This document shows, piece after piece, positions 58,014 to 64,000 of a stretch of DNA of 64,000 nucleotides. The DNA is from Methanothrix sp. (lineage in GTDB: Archaea; Halobacteriota; Methanosarcinia; Methanotrichales; Methanotrichaceae): positions 1,472,001-1,536,000 of the forward strand of contig OY821645.1 in NCBI GenBank assembly GCA_963682135.1, written 5' to 3'. Below the pieces are notes generated by a model, which made no database searches, was not told where the DNA came from, and was given only the letters and a program-made list of their open reading frames with translations. A program made the translations under genes and the position numbers. Positions within the stretch are counted from its first letter, which is position 1. Every line of letters starts with the position of its first letter.

Positions 58014-59516
58014 TCACAAGAACCTGATCCCTTTTGGCATTTCTCCAATACGTTTTCTAAATTCTTCCGGCCAGTTGGCGCTGTCCAGTCCCTTTTGGCT
58101 TAAGAATGCCGAGGCCCAGCGCTCCAGGCCCACGCCGCTGCATCCCGACCAAAGGGCTTCGCCGGACTGAGACTTTACGGTGAAGCCCTTGGGATACTTC
58201 TCTCCGTTCACAGACAGATTTTGAAACTCAATCCAGTTGCCGTTGTAGGGCAGCACTGCCTCATAGTCCACAGTTCCTGCCCCGGACATCTCGGCGAGAC
58301 CCGTCTTTCCTTCCTGGGCCATGAACCAGGGCGTGACCCAGGCCGTCCTCCAGTGCAGCTCCAGGATATCTTCGAAGATGTGCTTGTAGCAGGCCTTCAG
58401 CTTCTCTGCTTCCGCTAGGACCTGTTCCTTGCTGCCCAGCCAAACGATCTCTATCCTGTGGAACTCATCCACCCGCTCGATGCCGTGAATGCCGCCGGAC
58501 TCGTAGCGGTGAGAGGTGCCGGAGCGGTCAAAGACCGTGATGGGCAACTCCTCGCGAGGGAGTGTCATGCCCTGCAAAAATCCCCAGAAGGTAGGGCACT
58601 GGGCATAGCACATGCCTCCTATGGGCAGGTCGATCTTTTCTTTGACTAACTCAAGGGGCACCTCATGGGTGACCTTGTAGTAGTCCATGACCTCTTCCCA
58701 GAAGGCCGGGTCGCGAGTCTTGGGTGGGCAGACGAAGTAGATCTCCGGGTAAACGCCCTGGGCGTGGCCGCTCTTCTTCCATACATCCCATGTGTCAAGC
58801 TTGGGAAAGATCATCTCGCGATAGCGCAGCGGTCCTATGATCTCTTCCAGCACGATTTTCTCGAAGGTGCGAAATACGTGTGTCGCCTCGGGCCCGTAGA
58901 TCCATTGGCCGCGACTTGAACCGTGCTTGATCCAGCCCGCTTTTTGCATCTCTTCTGTGGGATCGGAAGTGAACTTGGGCGGGCGCGCAGAGCTCTCCCA
59001 GAGCAGCTCCCAGTGCTCGGTCTTACCACCATAGCCGCTTTGCATTTTCTCTTCCAGAAGGCTGATTATCCTATCTGGTATGCGGTTTTCCATCTCCGAC
59101 TGGCCCAACGTCCCATTGGGTCCTACGTCCAGAAATAGCAGCAGCCAGCCATCTTCAAATTTTATATCTCGAACATAGGGTATCTTGTGAGTGATGGCCC
59201 TCTGTGACTCGACCGCGATCTCAAATTTGCTGATATCCATGCCGCGCACGCCGATGCGAAATTCTTTCCCCAAAAGCTCAGAAAGCGGCCGGCGCAGCCT
59301 GAGCAGCGCATCATGGGCTCGTACAAACCTGTCGCTATCAATGACCAGATCGATCTTGCTACCAGCCAGCTTCCACGCAGCAATCTTGGCGCCCTGACCT
59401 AAAGGCGCGCCTTTCTGCAATATGGGCCCGGCGCTCTCAAAGAAGTCAGAAATGGCCGCCTCGGCCTTATCCGCGTCCGCGCTAAGTCGGAAGCTTGCCT
59501 CTAAATGGAATTTCAT
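58014..59516 (-). CDS. serS: Seryl-tRNA synthetase, methanogen-type (Zn-dependent)
   Basis: RAHDALLR N-domain, [37 protein letters not shown]. Confidence 0.93.
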   Translation of the reverse strand: MKFHLEASFRLSADADKAEAAISDFFESAGPILQKGAPLGQGAKIAAWKLAGSKIDLVIDSDRFVRAHDALLRLRRPLSELLGKEFRIGVRGMDISKFEIAVESQRAITHKIPYVRDIKFEDGWLLLFLDVGPNGTLGQSEMENRIPDRIISLLEEKMQSGYGGKTEHWELLWESSARPPKFTSDPTEEMQKAGWIKHGSSRGQWIYGPEATHVFRTFEKIVLEEIIGPLRYREMIFPKLDTWDVWKKSGHAQGVYPEIYFVCPPKTRDPAFWEEVMDYYKVTHEVPLELVKEKIDLPIGGMCYAQCPTFWGFLQGMTLPREELPITVFDRSGTSHRYESGGIHGIERVDEFHRIEIVWLGSKEQVLAEAEKLKACYKHIFEDILELHWRTAWVTPWFMAQEGKTGLAEMSGAGTVDYEAVLPYNGNWIEFQNLSVNGEKYPKGFTVKSQSGEALWSGCSGVGLERWASAFLSQKGLDSANWPEEFRKRIGEMPKGIRFL

Positions 59517-59734
59517 CTCTCCTCCGTGCAAGATTGTGTTTCTTCCGCTATTTTAATGTTCATCAGTAGATCGTCAACTGTGGAGAGCAGAGTACCTATC
59601 TTCTCGGTGGAGAATTGCAGGCTGAAACGGTCGGCATCTATTACAAGACTCATATTGGGCAGGTTATCGGGTTGTACTGCTTTAGCCACAGTCTCTGCTT
59701 GTTCTCCCCAAAAAGTCAGACTGGCTATTGTCAC
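59513..59734 (-). CDS. pcc1: KEOPS complex subunit Pcc1
   Basis: [21 protein letters not shown]; canonical position after the DHH gene. Confidence 0.85.
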   Translation of the reverse strand: MTIASLTFWGEQAETVAKAVQPDNLPNMSLVIDADRFSLQFSTEKIGTLLSTVDDLLMNIKIAEETQSCTEER

Positions 59735-61050
59735 GACGCATCCTCTACCGCGGGCGCACCTTCTGCGGCCTTATGAAGTTGCCCTCCCACGATATCGTCT
59801 AAAATGACCAGGAACCGATCCTCAGTGCCCGGTGGGATGGAAGCGCCACTGGCGATAGTATGCCCCCCGCCCACTCCGCCGACTGCCCTGGCCGCTTCTC
59901 TCAGAGCAATGGATAAGTCAATGCCCCGGGAGATGAGCGGCTTGGTTGCGCGTGCCGATATCTTGACCATATCATCTTTATGATTCAGGGTGACAAGCGG
60001 CAGATCGGCATATAGATACCGGATCCCCAGTCCCGACACAATCGCGCCTGCCTCCATATTCACCATCTTGAGGTAGCGAATGTTCTTGAGCACCTGATTT
60101 TGTTCTCGCAGCATGCCAATCTCTCTTCGGATATGGCCTTTGTATTCCTGGGCCAGGCTTCTGGCCTGCTCAAGTGCACCCGGATCGCGCAGGCACAGTG
60201 TCAAGCCTAATCCCGGAACGTCTCTGTTGCCGCATGCGTTGAGCAGTTCTACCATCTCCAGAGAGTTTTCCACCAATTCGTGCTTGAGGCGGATAGCCTC
60301 TCCTATAATTGAATCTGCGGCAAAGCTTCCTTGCATAAGTAATTTCAAAGTTATGGCAGTGCATAATTTTGCCAGGTCGCCACCAGCCAGGCTCTCTACA
60401 TTGCCCTTAATCTTCAAATCATCTAAAAATTGGCGGGTTTTTTCCGTGTCTCCGGTAAAGTCCAAGAGCGGCTCTATGCTGCTCTGGAAGACTTCTTCGA
60501 CAGAACCGTCATCCGACATCTTCAGACCGGCTTTTAGCTCAACGGCCCCGCAAGCGATGGCCTCTTCCAGAATAGCCTTGTTCGCGCCGATCATGTTCTG
60601 CCGGTCGCCCATTGCACCCACCAGTGCCAGGCCGGATAGATCAGCGTTCTCGCCCATTTGACGCACCACGGAATAGACCGTGCCCGCGGCAGAGAGCTCA
60701 AAGGCCCCATCTATGCCGAAGAGATGGGGATTGAGGTGCATACAGTCCAATTTGCCGACGGGCCGATGATGGTCAAGGACAAAGCACTCATCTTCGATGC
60801 GAGAGATTAGCTCTGGTTTGCCGCTGCCCATATCGCAAAATACCACCGGCCCCTCCAGCTCGGCAAGCACGGACTCGTCCAGCCGATTTAGCAGGGTGGC
60901 CTGAAAAGGTATCCCTGCGCGAAGGAGGGCACTACAGATCAGCCCTGCGGAAGTGATCCCGTCCGCGTCGTTATGCGAGATCACACGCATGCTGTCGCAT
61001 TGCATTATCGACCTGGCAATAGCCCCTGCGGCTTTGTCCAGCCGCTTCAT
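59731..61050 (-). CDS. DHH/DHHA1 RecJ-like phosphoesterase
   Basis: HNDADG, DMGSG, LDHH, GGGH..A.G. Confidence 0.9.
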   Translation of the reverse strand: MKRLDKAAGAIARSIMQCDSMRVISHNDADGITSAGLICSALLRAGIPFQATLLNRLDESVLAELEGPVVFCDMGSGKPELISRIEDECFVLDHHRPVGKLDCMHLNPHLFGIDGAFELSAAGTVYSVVRQMGENADLSGLALVGAMGDRQNMIGANKAILEEAIACGAVELKAGLKMSDDGSVEEVFQSSIEPLLDFTGDTEKTRQFLDDLKIKGNVESLAGGDLAKLCTAITLKLLMQGSFAADSIIGEAIRLKHELVENSLEMVELLNACGNRDVPGLGLTLCLRDPGALEQARSLAQEYKGHIRREIGMLREQNQVLKNIRYLKMVNMEAGAIVSGLGIRYLYADLPLVTLNHKDDMVKISARATKPLISRGIDLSIALREAARAVGGVGGGHTIASGASIPPGTEDRFLVILDDIVGGQLHKAAEGAPAVEDAS

Positions 61051-61502
61051 GAGATGAGAATCTCGGCCGTCTCAGGCGAGTAAGTCCAATCCGGTGCCAA
61101 TCTGCCGGAGTCATGATAGTATTTTACCAATCTGCGGACCTTGTTCTCTGTAAGATGCAATGATCTCTTGTTGTGAATGTCTTTCTTGTTAGCCTTGATA
61201 TGTTTGCGCACGTGCAGAGCTTTTCTCATCAGATTGGTGAGATCCTCCGGTATATCTGGCAGGGCTTTGTTCTCCTTTAAAAAGCCGGTTATATTCTTGC
61301 CCAAAAGCAGCTTGGTGCTGGGCACTCCGTATTGATCTCGCAAGGTGAGGCCAATGCGGCTGGGGGCCATTCCACTCTCGTGCAGCTTCATGATTGTCTT
61401 TTCTAACTCCTCTTTGGATACATCAGACCATGCGGGTACTTTTGCTGCCGCGGGTGGTCTGGATCGGGAGGAGCCCTTTTTTCTGCTGTGCATTTTAGCC
61501 AT
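61047..61502 (-). CDS. rps15: 30S ribosomal protein uS15 (S15P/S13e)
   Basis: MAKMHSRKKG, LRDQYGVP, IPEDL, RRLVKYY. Confidence 0.96.
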   Translation of the reverse strand: MAKMHSRKKGSSRSRPPAAAKVPAWSDVSKEELEKTIMKLHESGMAPSRIGLTLRDQYGVPSTKLLLGKNITGFLKENKALPDIPEDLTNLMRKALHVRKHIKANKKDIHNKRSLHLTENKVRRLVKYYHDSGRLAPDWTYSPETAEILIS

Positions 61503-61642
61503 CTTAATAGTCCTCATTAAATTTCATAAAGGCGAAGGTGTAAATGCTCACTGCCAGGAGGGATAAAAAACTTGCGCCGCCCGGCAGGTAGCTGACTGTA
61601 GGTAACAGATTTATAAGCATTAGGGTTTTCAAGACCATTGTC

Positions 61643-62314
61643 ATGTTCCCTGAGTATATAAACCAGCTATTTTATCTGGTAGGCGAAGTCGTGGTACTTT
61701 TAGTCGTATTGATCTTGATAATGTCGATAATTGTATCTATGCTCGTTCTCTATTCCTTTAAGACAGGTAACTTCTTCGCGGCCCGGTACATGCTTTTAGG
61801 TATTGTTCTTCTCGAAAATGTAATAACGGCTCTCTTCTGGATTTCCCGCGCCGATGATTCCATAATAGATGATGTGGGTGTGCGGCTTCGCAATTACATA
61901 AACAACAAGGAGTTTTTGAAGGTTCCTTTTTCTAAGCGGTTCATCTTCATGCCCCAATGCGTTCGCAGCACACAGTGCCCAGCTAAGCTCACGCCGGAGG
62001 GCATAAAGTGCGTGAACTGCGGGCGCTGCAGTGTTGGTGAAGCCAAGAAATATGCAGAGGGCCTAGGTTACCGTTTCTTCATAGTGCCCGGCTCCAGCTT
62101 TATAAAGAGAATAATCAAGACGTATCAGCCGCAAGCTATTGTCGGCGTTGGATGCCATATGGAGATAAAAGAGGGCCTCGATCTCTGCCACCGCTATGGC
62201 ATACCGGCGCGAGGAGTGCAGCTCTTGAAGGCGGGCTGCGTGGCCACGACATTGGACTGGGAGCAGTTCTACGAGACCATAAATGAAAATGGACCGCAGA
62301 TAAAAAATACTTAA
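61643..62314 (+). CDS. DUF116-family membrane protein
   Basis: MPQCVRS..CPA..GIKC..CGRC, IVPGSS, GVGC..E..G, GC..T. Confidence 0.85.
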   Translation: MFPEYINQLFYLVGEVVVLLVVLILIMSIIVSMLVLYSFKTGNFFAARYMLLGIVLLENVITALFWISRADDSIIDDVGVRLRNYINNKEFLKVPFSKRFIFMPQCVRSTQCPAKLTPEGIKCVNCGRCSVGEAKKYAEGLGYRFFIVPGSSFIKRIIKTYQPQAIVGVGCHMEIKEGLDLCHRYGIPARGVQLLKAGCVATTLDWEQFYETINENGPQIKNT

Positions 62315-62338
62315 AAAAATGTACTAAAGTGCTGTAAT

Positions 62339-62515
62339 TTATTCCATGCTGATGGCTTCGGATGGGCAAGCCTCAACACATGTCTTGCACTCAGTGCACT
62401 TTTCCTTATTTACGACTGCTATTTCTTCGTCGTCCAGGGTGATGGCCTCTTCCGGGCACTCCTCTACGCAAGTTCCACAGCTTACGCATTCTTCTCTGTT
62501 AACAACTGCAGGCAT
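62339..62515 (-). CDS. 2[4Fe-4S] ferredoxin, 58 aa (absent from ORF track)
   Basis: [21 protein letters not shown]...[19 protein letters not shown]; two CxxCxxCxxxCP motifs; GGAGGAG RBS. Confidence 0.95.
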   Translation of the reverse strand: MPAVVNREECVSCGTCVEECPEEAITLDDEEIAVVNKEKCTECKTCVEACPSEAISME

Positions 62516-62599
62516 TAATAGACTCCTCCAATTTGCCTCACTAGGGCAAATCCACCTGTAAGTATATCTGATATATACCTTTCGTTTGCTTATGTCTGC

Positions 62600-64000
62600 T
62601 TATGCCAGTTCGTTGTACCTTTTTCGGTCTTTCAGCTCCTGGCGTTTGGCGCTGTTCCATCCGCTAACTGCCTGGAGGTACCCGGTAATTCGGCTAATGT
62701 GATCCACATCGTCCGACCCACAGCTAGGGCATTTATCTTCCAATCCACCAGAGACCTGAGAACAGCCCAGGCATACAGTCATATCCCTGCTGAAGGTGAA
62801 GTAGCCGATCTGAGTTTCTCTGGCCAGGCGCATTCCAAAGTCCATCAGTCCCCGGGGGTCAGGAGTAGCTTCACCCATGAAGATATGGAATATGTTGCCG
62901 CCATCGACGATGGGGAAGAAGACATGTTCGAGTTTTGCCCTTTCAAATATGGTCACATCTGCGCTGGGAGGCAGGTGAGTGCCGTTGGTGTAATAGACGG
63001 GCAGATCGCGCGTCTTATGTACGTTCTTTTTTACGGCAGCCAGGTCGCCCTTGACGACCTTCTCAGCACAATCTCGATACTCCTCGTGGATGAGGTCGGA
63101 TACAGCGAAGCGCTGGGCGGTGGTTTCCGCAGGTGTACGCGCCAGGGCAATGGTCATGCCGTGCTGCAAAGAGAGTTTTTTGGCGTAGATTTCCATCTCA
63201 GTCATGGCCCGCACGGCCAGCTTCCAGGCCTCCTTGGACTCATGCATCTGCTTTCCAGTGTGGAACGCCACCATCTCGTTGACGCCCACCACGCCGATGG
63301 TATAGACCAGCCCCTCCAGGCCCACGGCAACGCAGCCTTTCTCGCCCGACTGCGGGTCGCGCGGCTGCTGGGTGGCAAAGGGCATGCGATGGTTCTTGAT
63401 GATCTGGTTCATCCACTCGCGCTTGACTTTAAAGATCTCAACCGATGTGTCCATCAACTCTCGCAGATATTCGAAGAGCAGCTCATCGTCGCCCCTCGCC
63501 AGGTAAGCGGCGCGAGGACAGTTGAGAGATACTACCTGCCAGGAGCCCATGGAGAAGTGCTTGCCATCTTTGAAGTACAGCTTGTCCTCAAACTGGTTGT
63601 CGCTGTCATAAGTGGCAGCAAATTGATACGCGCAGCATTGATAGCATGATATCCCCTCCCCTGCACCGCGGTAAGCAGGAAGCTGGTTGTCGAAGTATGG
63701 CGTGCCGTACTCGGCGGCCAGCTTAAAGGTTAGTAGGTAGAGCTGCTGGTAGGTGGGCAGATCCGGATGGGCGGCATTGAAGTCCTCGTCTTCCTTCATG
63801 AAGTCCGGCTCGATGCTGATCTCTGGCTTGGGGAAGTTGAAGGGCTTGCCCCAGTAGTCGCCGGCCAGCATGACCTCCATGAGGGCTTTGAAGGCTAAAC
63901 GGACCTCGCGCTCGAATTGGCCGTAGGTCTTCAGCGGAGCCTCGGGCGACGAGCCGTTCCAGACTTTTCCTGCATAAACGGCAGGCTTATCCCGCCACAG
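62600..64000 (-). CDS. nrdD: Anaerobic ribonucleoside-triphosphate reductase, 3' part (continues beyond window)
   Basis: NFPKP, YQCCAY finger loop, TPAET, YYTNG, C..C...CP.C Zn site, glycyl radical motif SRITGYL. Confidence 0.94.
   Translation of the reverse strand: MWRDKPAVYAGKVWNGSSPEAPLKTYGQFEREVRLAFKALMEVMLAGDYWGKPFNFPKPEISIEPDFMKEDEDFNAAHPDLPTYQQLYLLTFKLAAEYGTPYFDNQLPAYRGAGEGISCYQCCAYQFAATYDSDNQFEDKLYFKDGKHFSMGSWQVVSLNCPRAAYLARGDDELLFEYLRELMDTSVEIFKVKREWMNQIIKNHRMPFATQQPRDPQSGEKGCVAVGLEGLVYTIGVVGVNEMVAFHTGKQMHESKEAWKLAVRAMTEMEIYAKKLSLQHGMTIALARTPAETTAQRFAVSDLIHEEYRDCAEKVVKGDLAAVKKNVHKTRDLPVYYTNGTHLPPSADVTIFERAKLEHVFFPIVDGGNIFHIFMGEATPDPRGLMDFGMRLARETQIGYFTFSRDMTVCLGCSQVSGGLEDKCPSCGSDDVDHISRITGYLQAVSGWNSAKRQELKDRKRYNELA

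Noticed and set aside
62346-62561. 71-aa + strand ORF in the track
   Set aside because: The real gene is the minus strand ferredoxin 62339-62515
62699-63649. 316-aa + strand ORF
   Set aside because: Antisense shadow of nrdD
1-64000. CRISPR arrays, tRNA/rRNA genes, integrases/transposases, inteins, Pyl/Sec recoding
   Set aside because: None recognised by eye; rtcB and the visible nrdD part show no intein-sized insertion; tRNAscan-SE/Infernal would be needed to exclude small RNAs formally

Overview
Chromosomal window from a methanogenic archaeon, most likely Methanothrix/Methanotrichaceae. This is inferred from the thermosome, AglB, methanogen-type SerRS, the ahbB/sirC/hemA/hemB cluster, archease-RtcB, Pcc1, uS15, class III RNR and the NosD/PKD/pentapeptide surface-protein families. 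Most of the window is housekeeping genes. I found no rRNA, tRNA, CRISPR array or intact transposase. Non-routine parts: (1) 92-4174, a degenerate KaiC-like ATPase, a small membrane protein and an SSS-STAC-2xDUF835 sensor fusion. (2) About 9.2-18.1 kb, an accessory block with two translationally coupled giant proteins of unknown function (1210 and ~1333 aa), a third gene with an in-frame stop, and a decayed gene at the border. This is the best candidate for an undescribed system. (3) 40777-40835, a TATA-driven hairpin sRNA candidate with two identical anti-Shine-Dalgarno motifs. (4) About 45.8-52.4 kb, an AT-richer island of surface/secreted proteins. (5) Features missed by the ORF track: a 30-aa membrane peptide, a 40-46 aa charged peptide, a 58-aa ferredoxin and a frameshifted PflX remnant. 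All family calls come from motif recognition by eye, with no database search.
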